Counted from the first letter of the stretch, positions 20,640 through 31,238 are shown. The stretch is 64,000 nucleotides of DNA from Nannocystis bainbridge (GCF_028368995.1 NZ_JAQNDL010000003.1:2464001-2528000); one strand, 5' to 3'. Numbers and translations: made by a program. Notes: a model not told the origin generated them from the letters alone.

Positions 20640-22334
20640 ATGACCATCCGCGACCAGCGTAACGAAGTCAGCTCTGTCAACAACGAGTCCGAGGTGCAGG
20701 ACGGCGGCCGGGTCGCCGAGGTCGTGGCGATGTACAACGACACCGTCCTCGACGTGCAGCACCTCGGCCAGACCCGCGACGGTCGGCGCAGCGCGCCCAA
20801 GTGGCTCGCCGTCGGCGGCGCCCTGGTGCTCGGCGGCCTGGCCCTCTTCGGCCACGACGCCGCCCAGGACTGGGACGGCCACGCCGAGGCCATGAAGGCC
20901 GCGGCCGAGGTCAGCGCCCCGGCGCCGAAGGCCCCCGGCACCGGCCTCGGCGGCCTCGGCTTCGGCCTGGCGATGCTCGGCCTGATCCCCTTCGGCGTCG
21001 CCGCCATGCGCATGCAGGATCGCTCGCGCACCGCCTACACCCTCGGCGAGGGCCACGACGCCGCCTTCCACGTCGTCGTCCCCGGCCACCGCGATCTCCC
21101 GATCGTCCTCGGCGACCGCGAGCACAGCCTGCAGTTCACCGCCGACATGGCCGGCGAGGTCCGGATCGGCGACACCCACGTGACCCTCGCGGAGCTGATC
21201 CAAAACGGCCTCGCGCGGCAGGTCGAGGCCGGCGTCTACAGCTACCCGCTGGCCGCCGGCGCCAGGGCGCGGATCCGCTGGCAGGGCCTGACCTTCTTCA
21301 TCCACTCGGTCGCTCCCGGCCGCGTGATCGCTCGCAAGAGCGAGATCGACAAGCCGTTCTGGTTCCACAACGGCCTGTCCGCCGCCGCGATCGGCAGCCT
21401 CATCCTGCTCACGCAGATGATCCCGAACGAGGCCGGCGCGCTGGCGCTGCAGGAGGAGCTCGCGGAGAGCCGCTTCGTCGGCTACCTCGCCCAGCCGAAC
21501 GAGCAGAAGGACGAGGCGCTCCCGACCGACGAGGAGCAGGCCGACGAGCCCGGCGGCGCGGCCGGCGAGCGCCACGTCGGTGACGAGGGCAAGGCCGGCA
21601 AGAAGGAGAGCAAGCAGGTCTCCGGTCGTTACGCCATCAAGGGTCCGCCCTCGGCGGTCCCCAAGCTGGCCCGCGCCTTCGACCCTGACATGGACGCGCG
21701 CAACACCGGCGTCCTCGGCCTGATGAAGGCCGACTCGGGTCACTTCATGGCCTCGCCCTTCGGCGACGCCTTCGCCGTCGGCAACGACAGCGACGACGTG
21801 TGGGGTCAGCTCGTCGGCAAGGACATCGCCGAGTCCAACGGCGTCGGCGGCCTCGGGCTCGTCGGCTCCGGCCGCGCGGGCGGCGGCACCGGCGAGGGCA
21901 CGGTGGGCCTGACCTCGGTCGGTCTCATCGGCCACAACCGCCCCGGCGACGGCGAGGGCGGCCTGCGTCGCCGCGTGTCCGGCTTCGACGATCGCAAGGG
22001 CCGTACCCCGCAGGTCCTCGCCACCAAGGCCGAGGTCATCGGCGGGCTCGACAAGGACCTCATCCGCCGCGTCGTGCGGGCTCACATCAACGAGGTGCGC
22101 TACTGCTACAACCAGGGGCTGGCCAAGGACGCCAACCTCAAGGGCCGCGTCGCCGTCCAGTTCACCATCGGCGGCACCGGCAAGGTCACCTCGGCCGTCG
22201 TCGGCGAGACCGACCTCAAGGACCGCGCCGTCGGGTCCTGCATCGCCCAGGCGGTCAAGCGCTGGTCCTTCCCCAAGCCGGCCTCGGGCGGCGCCGCGAT
22301 CGTGACCTACCCGTTCATCCTCCAGCCCGGCTGA
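20640..22334 (+). CDS. AgmX/PglI C-terminal (TonB-C-like) domain protein, GltG-like
   Basis: TM segments, Gly-rich stretch, GLDKDLIRRVVRAHINEVRYCYNQGL...GRVAVQFTI...CIAQAVKRWSFPKP...VTYPF. Confidence 0.85.
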   Translation: MTIRDQRNEVSSVNNESEVQDGGRVAEVVAMYNDTVLDVQHLGQTRDGRRSAPKWLAVGGALVLGGLALFGHDAAQDWDGHAEAMKAAAEVSAPAPKAPGTGLGGLGFGLAMLGLIPFGVAAMRMQDRSRTAYTLGEGHDAAFHVVVPGHRDLPIVLGDREHSLQFTADMAGEVRIGDTHVTLAELIQNGLARQVEAGVYSYPLAAGARARIRWQGLTFFIHSVAPGRVIARKSEIDKPFWFHNGLSAAAIGSLILLTQMIPNEAGALALQEELAESRFVGYLAQPNEQKDEALPTDEEQADEPGGAAGERHVGDEGKAGKKESKQVSGRYAIKGPPSAVPKLARAFDPDMDARNTGVLGLMKADSGHFMASPFGDAFAVGNDSDDVWGQLVGKDIAESNGVGGLGLVGSGRAGGGTGEGTVGLTSVGLIGHNRPGDGEGGLRRRVSGFDDRKGRTPQVLATKAEVIGGLDKDLIRRVVRAHINEVRYCYNQGLAKDANLKGRVAVQFTIGGTGKVTSAVVGETDLKDRAVGSCIAQAVKRWSFPKPASGGAAIVTYPFILQPG

Positions 22335-22356
22335 CCTTAAAGACAGCCCATGCCCG

Positions 22357-22396
22357 ACCGGGCGGCGCCCTCGCGGCTCCGCCCGGTTTTCTTTTT
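22357..22396 (+). terminator. Intrinsic terminator
   Basis: ACCGGGCGG...CCGCCCGGT followed by TTTCTTTTT. Confidence 0.75.
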
Positions 22397-23093
22397 ACTC
22401 GAGCCCGTCGTTCAGCCCCGCGTCCGGGTCGCGTCGCAGCTTCAAGATCTTCTCGAGCCGCTCGAACAGATCGATGCGGTCGACCAGGTCGTGGAGATAG
22501 TCGAGCTTGTCGGTCTCGATCGTCACCGTCTCCGACAGGTCGTAGCGCGAGAACCACGCGTCGTAGAGCTCCTGCAGCCGCCGCAGATAGGCGGTCGGGA
22601 TCGCCTGCTCCTCCGGCCGCCCGCGCAGCGCGATCCGCTTGCGCAGCGTCCGCATCGAGCACTTCAAATAGATCATCAGGTCCGGCGGCGGCAGCTGGTG
22701 GACGATGGCCTCGTACAGCTCGCGGTAGGTCTGATAGTCGCGCCGCGTCATCTGTTTGCGGCGGTACAGGTTCTCCGCGAAGATCTCCGCGTCCTCGTAG
22801 ATCGTGCGGTCGCCGATCACCGGCTGCGTGGCCCGGATGAGCTCCTGGTGGATGCGAAACTTCTTGGCCAGGAAGAACACCTGCGAGTGGAACGCCCACC
22901 GCGGCATGTCCCCGTAGAAGTCGACCAGGTACGGGTTCTGCTCGTTCGGCTCGAAGTGCGGCGTCAAACGAAACTGCCGCGCGAGGAACGTGACGAGCGT
23001 CGACTTGCCGACGCCGATGTTGCCGGCGACGGCCACGAACCTGCGGGGGCGGGCAGCGTTCACCCAGGCCGGGTACCGCGATCGCGTGCCCAT
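22395..23093 (-). CDS. Deoxynucleoside kinase (dNK family)
   Basis: AVAGNIGVGKST P-loop, DRTIYED, PDLMIYL, RIALRGRPEE; the start may instead be GTG 23063. Confidence 0.9.
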   Translation of the reverse strand: MGTRSRYPAWVNAARPRRFVAVAGNIGVGKSTLVTFLARQFRLTPHFEPNEQNPYLVDFYGDMPRWAFHSQVFFLAKKFRIHQELIRATQPVIGDRTIYEDAEIFAENLYRRKQMTRRDYQTYRELYEAIVHQLPPPDLMIYLKCSMRTLRKRIALRGRPEEQAIPTAYLRRLQELYDAWFSRYDLSETVTIETDKLDYLHDLVDRIDLFERLEKILKLRRDPDAGLNDGLE

Positions 23094-23420
23094 GTCGAGT
23101 GCGCGAACCCGCGCGATCGCCTCCGCGTGCCGCCGCCGGCCCAGCCGTCGCCCCAACCGCCGCCATCGACTCGTCGGCCCCGCAGATCTGCCACGCCATC
23201 GCTCGCAGCGCCGACGTAGCGAGGTGCCCGTCGCATCGACCCTCCGATCGTCCTCAGCGACGAACTCGCCGAGCCACGACTCGCCAGCCGAGCCCACATC
23301 CCTCGACTCGCCTCACCGTCCGGGCCCGGGCCATCGGCGGCCGACACGCGACGGCCCGGAGCGGCGCCTCGCTCGATGACGCGCCGGACCCGTTTGTTTT
23401 CTCGTATCATCCGCGCCCGC

Positions 23421-25382
23421 ATGCCCGCTGTCGACGACCCTGCCGCGCGCCCGTCCGGGCCCGAGCCATCGGGGTCGTCTGCGCCGGAGCGGCCCGTGCG
23501 GCTCGTCTTCGCCGCCCTGCTGATCCTCGCCTTCCATCTCGGGTGGTTCGCCTATTTCGTCCCGCTCGAGGTCTGGTGGACCGACACCCCGATCGCCGGC
23601 GTCGACTTCGAGACTCACGTCGGCCAGACCTGGCGCTTCATCGAGGCCATGGACGGCTGGGGTCACAGCTGGATGTACGACCCGCGGCTGCTCGCCGGCT
23701 ACTTGCAGGGCGTCATCTTCGACGCCGACAACAAGGGCTGGGAGGTCTGGACCTGGCTCTTGAGCCATGCTGGTCTGTCCGCCGGGTTCGCCTTCAACCT
23801 GTTCGCCGCCCTCGCCCACCTCGGCGTGCTGCCGGTCGTCTACGCCTCCGCGCGGCTGTTCGACCTCACGCGCCGCGGCGCCTTGCTCGCCGCCGGCCTC
23901 GCCTCGGCGCTGTGGTTCTTCGACTCCTTCTCGCACTGGTGCTGGTGGATCGGCATGGTCGCCTACGCCTTCTGCGCCTACCTCGCGCTGCTGCCGCTGG
24001 CGCTGTTCTACCGCTGGACCCGCGAGCGCAAGCCGTGGCAGGGCGTCGCCGCCGGGCTCACCCTCGGCCTCGCCCACCTCGTCCACCCCTACACCTTCGT
24101 CATCCTGGTCGCGCCGATGCTCGCGCTGTGGCTCCGCGAGCTGCGTCGCCTCGGCGCGCGCGGCCACTTCGCCGTGCTGGCGATGGTCGTCTTCACCCTC
24201 GTGCTCAACACCTGGTGGCTCGCCGTCGCCGCCCGCTTCTGGCACTACATCCTCGACTCCGGCTTCTTCGGTCAGTCGGGCCCGCAGTGGCTGCTCGCCG
24301 ACTACCTCGGCCTCGTGCTCGACACCGCCACCTCCGGCCTGCTCGGCACCCGCACCGGCTTCCGCTTCCTCGTCCTCGGCGCCGCGCTGGTCGGCCTGTG
24401 GCGCTGGCGACGGGCCCGCGACCCGCGGACCTTGCCGCTGGCGACCGCGGTGGTGGCGATGCTCCTGCTCGCCTACGCCGCCGGTTACATCTGGCTCTTC
24501 AGACAGATCCAGCCGTACCGCCACGTCCTCCCGCTCGCCTTCCTCGCCGTCATCCCCGCCGCCGCCGCGCTCGAGTCGACCCGCCTGCGCGCGCTGTGGC
24601 GCGAGCTGACCCCGCCCGCGCGCCTGCTGACGTTCGCCCTCGCCCTGCCGGCCGGCCAGCTGCTGCTGCGCGACATCCTCTACTTCACGCCCGCGCACCT
24701 GCCCGAGGTCGCCCCGCTGTACAGCGGCGAGAAGGTCCTGCTGGCCGCCAGCGGCTACCCGGCGCACCCGGACTACCGGCTGTTCGCCGCCCGGCCCGAG
24801 CACGGCGAGATGACGAAGTGGGTCCGCGAGGTCGACGACGGCCAGAGCCGCTTCCTGGTCGAAGAGCCAGCCGTGGGCGAGCGGCTGCACTGGCAGACCG
24901 ACGCCCAGATCATCGGCGGCTTCCGCTTCCGCAACCTCGAGCACAGCATGGCCAACCTCTACCGGCGCCACAAGTTCGGGGTCGCCGGCGAGGACCAACT
25001 GCGCACCTACTTCGAGACCTACGCGGTGCGCTGGGTGATCGTCACCAGCAACGCGACCTGGTGGAACCAGCGGCCCGACCTGCTCGTACCGGCCGGCAAG
25101 GTCGGCCACCACCGGATCTTCCGCACCACGATCGAGCCGCACCTGATCCAGCAAGGCGGCGGCACGGTGGTCGCGGGGCCCAACCTGCTCCGCGTCACCG
25201 GCAGCGACCCGAACATCGACCTCGTGCTGCGCTTCCACTGGATGGAGTACCTGGTCTGTGAGCCAGGTTGCGAGCTCCGGCGCGAGAAGATCGACGACCT
25301 CGACCACGTCGGCTTCATCCGCGTGCCCGCGCCGCACCCCGCCGACCTCGACATCGTCAATCGCTACGGAGAGGCCCCATGA
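23421..25382 (+). CDS. Polytopic membrane protein, GT-C glycosyltransferase-like
   Basis: First loop GVDFETH...YDPRLLAGY, more than 10 TM segments, soluble C-terminal domain. Confidence 0.55.
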   Translation: MPAVDDPAARPSGPEPSGSSAPERPVRLVFAALLILAFHLGWFAYFVPLEVWWTDTPIAGVDFETHVGQTWRFIEAMDGWGHSWMYDPRLLAGYLQGVIFDADNKGWEVWTWLLSHAGLSAGFAFNLFAALAHLGVLPVVYASARLFDLTRRGALLAAGLASALWFFDSFSHWCWWIGMVAYAFCAYLALLPLALFYRWTRERKPWQGVAAGLTLGLAHLVHPYTFVILVAPMLALWLRELRRLGARGHFAVLAMVVFTLVLNTWWLAVAARFWHYILDSGFFGQSGPQWLLADYLGLVLDTATSGLLGTRTGFRFLVLGAALVGLWRWRRARDPRTLPLATAVVAMLLLAYAAGYIWLFRQIQPYRHVLPLAFLAVIPAAAALESTRLRALWRELTPPARLLTFALALPAGQLLLRDILYFTPAHLPEVAPLYSGEKVLLAASGYPAHPDYRLFAARPEHGEMTKWVREVDDGQSRFLVEEPAVGERLHWQTDAQIIGGFRFRNLEHSMANLYRRHKFGVAGEDQLRTYFETYAVRWVIVTSNATWWNQRPDLLVPAGKVGHHRIFRTTIEPHLIQQGGGTVVAGPNLLRVTGSDPNIDLVLRFHWMEYLVCEPGCELRREKIDDLDHVGFIRVPAPHPADLDIVNRYGEAP

Positions 25383-26251
25383 TCGCGGCGCTGCGGATCC
25401 TCTTCAACGTCGCGCTGTACCGGCTGCGGCGGCTCGAGATGGCCAACATGGGCGGCGCGCTGCTCATCATGCTCGCGCTGCGCTTGTCGCCGCTCGACGT
25501 CGTGGTCCGGCTCGGCTTCGCCTTTTTGCTCAACCTGCTCGTCTACCTCAACAACGACTACCTCGACCTGCCGACCGACCTGCGCTCGCCCGAGCGCGAC
25601 GACGCCAACACCCGCTACCTCCGCGACCACCGGCGCGCGGCCCTCGGCGCCCAGCTCGGCCTGGTCGGCGCGCTGCTGGTCGTCGCCTTCGCCTGGGACC
25701 TCGGCCTGCTCATCCCGCTGGTCGTCGGCGGCGGCGTGTGCTGGCTGTACTCGGCGCGGCTCAAGCACGTCGCCGGGGCCGACATCGCCGCGATGATGGT
25801 GTGGGGCGCAGCGATGTTGACGGTCGCGTTCCCGCCGACGCACGCGCTCGGGTGGGCGCTGGCCGGCCTGCTCGCGCTCGACTCGGCGGTGTTCGAGACG
25901 ATCCAGGTCATCCGCGACCACGACGCCGACCGCGACACCGGCGTGCGCACGACCGCCGTCGCGCTCGGCGTCCCGCGCACCCTCGCGCTCGCGCGCGGCC
26001 TGCTGGTCCTCGGCGCTGGCGCCGCCGCGCTGGCGATCCACCCGCTCGTCGCCCTGCCGCCGTTGATCGGCGTCACCCTGCCGCTCGGTCGCCCGGAGCG
26101 CTACTGGAACCTCATCCGCGTGCTCCTCGGCGTCGCCTTCTTGTTCGCCGCCGGGTGGGTCTACGTCCACGGCGCGACCGCGGGTCTGCTGGTCCGCTGC
26201 GCCCTGGACGGCTGTACGGCGTCACCTGGCCTTTCGGCCATGTCGCAATAA
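25379..26251 (+). CDS. UbiA prenyltransferase family protein
   Basis: Asp-rich motifs YLNNDYLDLPTD and IRDHDADRDTGVRTTAVALG; ATGA overlap. Confidence 0.8.
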   Translation: MIAALRILFNVALYRLRRLEMANMGGALLIMLALRLSPLDVVVRLGFAFLLNLLVYLNNDYLDLPTDLRSPERDDANTRYLRDHRRAALGAQLGLVGALLVVAFAWDLGLLIPLVVGGGVCWLYSARLKHVAGADIAAMMVWGAAMLTVAFPPTHALGWALAGLLALDSAVFETIQVIRDHDADRDTGVRTTAVALGVPRTLALARGLLVLGAGAAALAIHPLVALPPLIGVTLPLGRPERYWNLIRVLLGVAFLFAAGWVYVHGATAGLLVRCALDGCTASPGLSAMSQ

Positions 26252-26417
26252 TCGTGTGGCGAGCGGTCGCCTTCCGCCGACATCTGGGGCCGCCCTGCTC
26301 CATTTTCCGACCTAGGGTGTGTAAAATCTCCTGAAGGTTTTTCGTTGAACTGGACGACCCCGTCCCATATGCTGAACAGCGCTTCAGTCTAGCGAAGTTT
26401 TGTCGGAGCGGCCGCAC

Positions 26418-28175
26418 ATGTCCCAAGAAGCACGTTATGACACCCACTTCTCGAGCCCCGCGGACGTCGAGGAGTTCGTCTCGGTCCTCGAGCGGTTCGA
26501 GCGCGGCGAGATCTCGTCGGAGGACTTTCGCACCTTCCGCCTGAAGCGCGGCGTCTACGGGCAGCGGCAGATGGAAGTGAACATGCTGCGGGTCAAGTTC
26601 CCCGGCGGCATCATGAGCGCGGCCCAGCTGCGGACCGCGGCTGGCGTGGCCCGCGAGTACACGCAGTTCCACAAGGGCCACATCACCACCCGGCAGAACA
26701 TCCAGTTCCACTTCGTCAAGCTGGCCGACATGCCCGAGGTCATGGGCCGCTTCGACGTCACCGGCGCGACCACCCGCGAGGCCTGCGGCAACACCGTCCG
26801 CAACGTCACCGGCTGCCCGTACGCCGGCGTCAGCGGCACCGAGGCCTACGACATCACCCCGTACATGCACGCGCTCGTGCGCATGTGCCTGCGCGAGGAG
26901 TGGGCCAACAACCTGCCGCGCAAGTTCAAGATGGCCTTCGAGGGCTGCACCCACGAAGACCACGCGCAGACGGCGATCAACGACGTCGGCTTCCGCGCCA
27001 AGAACAAGGACGGCGTGCGCGGCTTCGAGGTGTTCGTCGCCGGCGGCCTGTCGACCAGCCCGCGCCCGGCCTATCGCCTCCACGACTTCATCCCGGCCGA
27101 CGAGATGCTGGCGCGGACCGAGGCGATCATCCGCGTGTTCGACAAGCACGGCAACCGCAAGAACCGCGCCCGCGCCCGCCTCAAGTACGTCATGAAGGCG
27201 CTGGGCGAGGCGGGCTTCGTCGCCGCCTACGAGGAGGAGGTCGCCAAGCTGGTGGCCGCCGGCACGCTGCAGCGGCCGATCGAGCTGCCGCCCGAGGAGA
27301 CCGCGCCGGCGTGGAACGACCGCGCCCTGGCCGGCCCGCGCGCCAGCGACGACGACCCGCAGTACAAGGAGTGGCTGCGCACCGTCGACCCGCAGAAGCA
27401 GCCGGGCTTCGCCGCCGTGACGATCAAGCTCGACCGCGGCGACATCGCGGCCGACCAGTTCGACCAGCTCGCCGAGCTCGCCGAGACCTTCACCGACGGC
27501 ACCCTGCGCGCCGGCAACCGCCAGAACCTCATCGTCCGGTGGGTCCGCACCGAGTACCTGCCGCACCTGTTCGTCGCGCTGCAGCAGATCGGCGTCGCCG
27601 ACCTCGGCTCCAACACGATCCACGACGTCGTCAGCTGCCCGGGCGCCGACAGCTGCAACCTCGCCGTCACCCACAGCATGAGCCTGGCCAAGCACCTGAC
27701 CCGCTTCCTCAAGAACGCGGGCCAGTCGGCGGACAGCGTCGAGCTCGCGCGCACCGCCGACATCAAGATCTCCGGCTGCCCCAACTCGTGCGGCCAGCAC
27801 CACGTGGCGGCGATCGGCTTCCACGGCACCGTGCGCCACGTCGGCGACGGCAAGCAGGTCCCCGAGTACCAGCTCCACCTCGGCGGCGGCTTCGACGCTG
27901 ACGGCGTCCAGTTCGGCCGTCACATCGTCAAGATCCCCGCGCGCCGGGCCGGCGAGGCCCTCCTGCGCCTGCTCGACCTCTACCGCGACGAGCGCGAGGA
28001 CGGCGAGGAGGCCCGCGCCTTCTTCCGTCGCGTCGCCAAGGAGGACGTCGTCGCGGCGCTCGGCGACGCCCTGCTCGACAGCCAGTTCACCAACCTGCGC
28101 GAGGACGACGTGTTCGACCTCGGCCAGGAGCGCACCTTCGACGTGGCCATCGGCCGCGGCGAATGTGCCGCCTGA
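26418..28175 (+). CDS. Nitrite/sulfite reductase hemoprotein (siroheme, 4Fe-4S)
   Basis: HITTRQNIQFH, NLPRKFK, SCPGADSCNLA and ISGCPNSCGQH motifs. Confidence 0.92.
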   Translation: MSQEARYDTHFSSPADVEEFVSVLERFERGEISSEDFRTFRLKRGVYGQRQMEVNMLRVKFPGGIMSAAQLRTAAGVAREYTQFHKGHITTRQNIQFHFVKLADMPEVMGRFDVTGATTREACGNTVRNVTGCPYAGVSGTEAYDITPYMHALVRMCLREEWANNLPRKFKMAFEGCTHEDHAQTAINDVGFRAKNKDGVRGFEVFVAGGLSTSPRPAYRLHDFIPADEMLARTEAIIRVFDKHGNRKNRARARLKYVMKALGEAGFVAAYEEEVAKLVAAGTLQRPIELPPEETAPAWNDRALAGPRASDDDPQYKEWLRTVDPQKQPGFAAVTIKLDRGDIAADQFDQLAELAETFTDGTLRAGNRQNLIVRWVRTEYLPHLFVALQQIGVADLGSNTIHDVVSCPGADSCNLAVTHSMSLAKHLTRFLKNAGQSADSVELARTADIKISGCPNSCGQHHVAAIGFHGTVRHVGDGKQVPEYQLHLGGGFDADGVQFGRHIVKIPARRAGEALLRLLDLYRDEREDGEEARAFFRRVAKEDVVAALGDALLDSQFTNLREDDVFDLGQERTFDVAIGRGECAA

Positions 28176-28212
28176 GTTCGCCCCCCCCGCTCCGCACCGA
28201 CCGACCAAACTG

Positions 28213-28242
28213 GCGACAGGCTCCCGGGCCTGTCGCTTTTTT
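28213..28242 (+). terminator. Intrinsic terminator
   Basis: GCGACAGGC-TCCCGG-GCCTGTCGC-TTTTTT. Confidence 0.85.
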
Positions 28243-28271
28243 ATGTCCCGACACCGCCGCGCGGAGTCACA

Positions 28272-28299
28272 TGTCCATCCGGACATGTCCTCGAAGACA
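28272..28299. repeat. Two tandem units of the 14-bp dyad TGTCY-N4-RGACA
   Basis: TGTCCATCCGGACA TGTCCTCGAAGACA between convergent genes. Confidence 0.8.
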
Positions 28300-28310
28300 G
28301 CAATGAACGC

Positions 28311-29906
28311 TCACTCGATGTCGAGCGGCGGCTCGACCTGCACCGGCGCCGACCACGGCTCGGGCGGCGGCGGGGCCAGCCAGCCGAACAGCTCGCGCTG
28401 CGGCGGGTACCTCCGCGGCAGCCGGCGCTCCAGCTCGCTCGCGCAGAACTCGACCGACGCGTCGGAGTAGGCGAACACCACCGCCTTGTCGAAGCAATAG
28501 GCGAGCGCCTGCGTGGCGAGGTCTTCGTCCGGCCGCGTGTAGTCGCGGAGCGCCCCGCAGTAGGCCTTGATCGCCTGCTCGGAGCCGAGGCCGCGGGGCA
28601 CCTCGGCGGCCAGCAGCGTATCGACCTGCGCCTGCGCGACCACGGCCACCCGGGCCGCCGCCGCGAACCCGCCGCGAGCGCTGCGCCTGAGCTGCGCGAC
28701 CTTCTCGTAGCGGCGGGTCAGGTCGTTGGCCTGCTCGCGGGCCTTCCCCCAGTAGTCGAGGAAGCGCCGCCGCGAATCCTCGTTCTTGCGCCTCTGCTCG
28801 GCGTACTTCTTGCGGTCGCGTGGGTCCGCCGAATATTGAAGGATCTCCTCGACCGTGAAGTTCATGTCCGCGGGCGGTCGCACTGTCAGCGCCGCCTCGA
28901 GCTCGCGGTCGGCGATCAGCAGCTCCGCCAGGTCGAGCGCCTCGCCGACCTTCAGCCGCAGCCATGGGTCCTCGACCGGCGGCAGCGCCTGGCCGAGCTC
29001 GACCACCTGTTGCAGCCGCCGCTGCGCCGACTCGGCCAGCTTGCGATCGCGCGGGTGCACGGTCACCGCCTGCGCCGCCGGCCCGGCGCACGTCAGCGTC
29101 GGCGGCTTGCCGCGCTTCGGCGTATCGATCGGCGCCGGCTTCGAGGTCACGCACAGGTCCATAAGCCCGCCCTGCTGCTTGCAGGAGCGCCGCCACTCGA
29201 TCGCCGCGTACGTCACCTCGGCGACGATCCGCCGCCCCGGGCCGCCCTTGCTGCCGTGGCGCGTGAGGTAGTCGAGCGCGTGCTTCTGTCGCGCCTGGTC
29301 GTCGGGCAAGGTCTTCGGCAGCAGGTCGGCGCGGGCCCAGTGGACGATCGCGCTGCGCAGCGGGTCCTTGGCGCCGTAGAGCTTCTCGACCTTCTCGAAC
29401 AGCGCCAGCGCGCGCGCGTCCTGCCCGAGCTGCGCGCGCAGCAGGCCGGCCTCCTGCAGCAGTTCGCTCGCCTCGGCCTCGCCGGGGTAACGCTCGGCGA
29501 ACCGCTCCATCGCCGCCGCCGCCCGCTCGAACGCCAGCGTCGCCCGCAGGTGACGCACCAGCGCCAGCAGGGCCACGCGAGCCACCGGCAGCCCGGGGAA
29601 CTTCTCGATCAGCCGCTCGCGCGTCGCCACCATCGCGTCGTACTCGCCCGCGGCCTCGTGACAGCGCGCCGCGTACTCGAGCGCCTCGGCGGCCCGCTCG
29701 TGACGGTCGCCGAGCCGCGCCGCCAGCTGCTCGAGCTGCTCGGCGCAGGCACGCCCGCGGGCCGGGTCACCGGTCTGCGCGGTCGCTACCCCGTCTTGAA
29801 GGATCTGCGCGTCGGTCGGTGACAGCGGCTCGCCCGGGGCCATCGCCGCCAGCACGCCGACGCCCACGCCCAGGCAACGCAGCCATGAGCTCCAGCGCCT
29901 CGCCAT
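28311..29906 (-). CDS. Exported TPR protein (myxobacterial gliding-associated TPR-like)
   Basis: Signal-like N-terminus; helical TPR repeats (AAEALEYAARCHEAAG..., AAAAMERFAERYPG...). Confidence 0.7.
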   Translation of the reverse strand: MARRWSSWLRCLGVGVGVLAAMAPGEPLSPTDAQILQDGVATAQTGDPARGRACAEQLEQLAARLGDRHERAAEALEYAARCHEAAGEYDAMVATRERLIEKFPGLPVARVALLALVRHLRATLAFERAAAAMERFAERYPGEAEASELLQEAGLLRAQLGQDARALALFEKVEKLYGAKDPLRSAIVHWARADLLPKTLPDDQARQKHALDYLTRHGSKGGPGRRIVAEVTYAAIEWRRSCKQQGGLMDLCVTSKPAPIDTPKRGKPPTLTCAGPAAQAVTVHPRDRKLAESAQRRLQQVVELGQALPPVEDPWLRLKVGEALDLAELLIADRELEAALTVRPPADMNFTVEEILQYSADPRDRKKYAEQRRKNEDSRRRFLDYWGKAREQANDLTRRYEKVAQLRRSARGGFAAAARVAVVAQAQVDTLLAAEVPRGLGSEQAIKAYCGALRDYTRPDEDLATQALAYCFDKAVVFAYSDASVEFCASELERRLPRRYPPQRELFGWLAPPPPEPWSAPVQVEPPLDIE

Positions 29907-29912
29907 CGCCCC

Positions 29913-31238
29913 TCAACGCCGGCGGCGCCGCGCCAGCAGCACCAATCCGGCGAGCAGCCACGAGCTGTCTCGAAGGACAGGTTGACCCGAAGCGCAGGAG
30001 CAGCCGCGCTCGGCCAGCTCGCCGCCGTCGGCCCCGGCGCTGTCGTCGTCGCCGCTGTCGTCCCCGCCGTCGCTGCTGCTGCCCGGATCGCTCGGCCCCG
30101 GGGGCTCGGGCTGCGGCTGCGGCTGCGGCTGCGGCTCGGGCTGCGGTGGCGGCGGTTCGGGCTCGGGTTGCGGCGGCGGCGGCTCGGGCTCGGGTTGCGG
30201 CGGCGGCGGTTCAGGCTCGGGCTCCGGCTCCGGCTCCGGCTCGGGATCAGGCCCGGGGAACGGTCCCTGGCCGAACGGCTCGCCGCACATGGCGCTCCAG
30301 CCCCCTGTCAGCGTCGTCGAGCAGCCGTCGCCCCACGTGCTCTGCGGGTCCATCAATTCGCCCGGGAACCCGCCGCAGTTGGCCGTCGGCGTCCAGTTGC
30401 CGTCGATGTCGAAGCACGGCGAAAGATCGACCCCCGCCGCTTGCTCGAGCCAGGCCATGTGCGGCCAGAACATCTCGTAGACCGTCCCGAACCCGCACAC
30501 TTCCTCGTTGGGGCCCGGCGGCGGATCGTCGAGGTGCAGCGTCGAGGCTGCGCCGAGCAGGCGCCACGTGCCGTCGCCCAGGCGCAGGTACGCCGGCCCG
30601 CCCGAGTCGCCGAAGCACCCCCCGTGGTCGGGCCCGACCATGATGATGTCGTTGCCGTCGAGCGACACCTCGATGACGCTCTGCTGCGTGAACCGCTTGG
30701 TGCCCCCGCCGATCGGCTGCGGGTTGCCCTCTCCGTCGAGCACGGCATTGGTCGCGCCGAAGCCGACGATCGTGACCTCCGAGCCCACCAGCGGCGCGAT
30801 CTCGCAGCCCATGATGAGCGGCACCATCGGCACCCCGAGCACCGCCTGCTCGAGCGTGCAGAACGCGAGGTCGTTGACCAGCGCGCCCGGGTCCCACTGC
30901 GGATGCGTGAAACACTCGGCGACCGGCACCTGGCGCACCGGCGCTGCGACGTCCTCCCCGAACATCACGCTTCCGGGCACGGCCCACGACAGCAGCGGGT
31001 CCATGCAGTGCGCCGCGAACACGACGACGTTGGGATGGACCAGCGAGCCGGTGCAGAAGAAGCCCTCGGTGTCGCGGTCGAGCATCGCCACCGCGCTCGG
31101 GAAGTCGCACTCGCCCGCGACCTCACCGTTGAAGATCGGCTGCGGCCGCGAGCTCGGGGCGGCCAACTCGAAGGCCGACGCCTGACCCGTAACCAGCGCC
31201 ACGAGCCCGCCGACCGCCACCGCCGCGAATGCACGCAT
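29913..31238 (-). CDS. S1 trypsin-like serine protease with MYXO-CTERM sorting signal
   Basis: FAAHC, NDLA and CFGDSGGP triad motifs; (PE)n linker; GCSC...WLLAGLVLLARRRRR tail. Confidence 0.92.
   Translation of the reverse strand: MRAFAAVAVGGLVALVTGQASAFELAAPSSRPQPIFNGEVAGECDFPSAVAMLDRDTEGFFCTGSLVHPNVVVFAAHCMDPLLSWAVPGSVMFGEDVAAPVRQVPVAECFTHPQWDPGALVNDLAFCTLEQAVLGVPMVPLIMGCEIAPLVGSEVTIVGFGATNAVLDGEGNPQPIGGGTKRFTQQSVIEVSLDGNDIIMVGPDHGGCFGDSGGPAYLRLGDGTWRLLGAASTLHLDDPPPGPNEEVCGFGTVYEMFWPHMAWLEQAAGVDLSPCFDIDGNWTPTANCGGFPGELMDPQSTWGDGCSTTLTGGWSAMCGEPFGQGPFPGPDPEPEPEPEPEPEPPPPQPEPEPPPPQPEPEPPPPQPEPQPQPQPQPEPPGPSDPGSSSDGGDDSGDDDSAGADGGELAERGCSCASGQPVLRDSSWLLAGLVLLARRRRR

Noticed and set aside
30100-30255. 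Short tandem repeats in the protease gene, and Thr-rich repeats in lipoprotein genes
   Set aside because: These are ordinary Pro/Glu/Gln or Thr linkers in secreted myxobacterial proteins.
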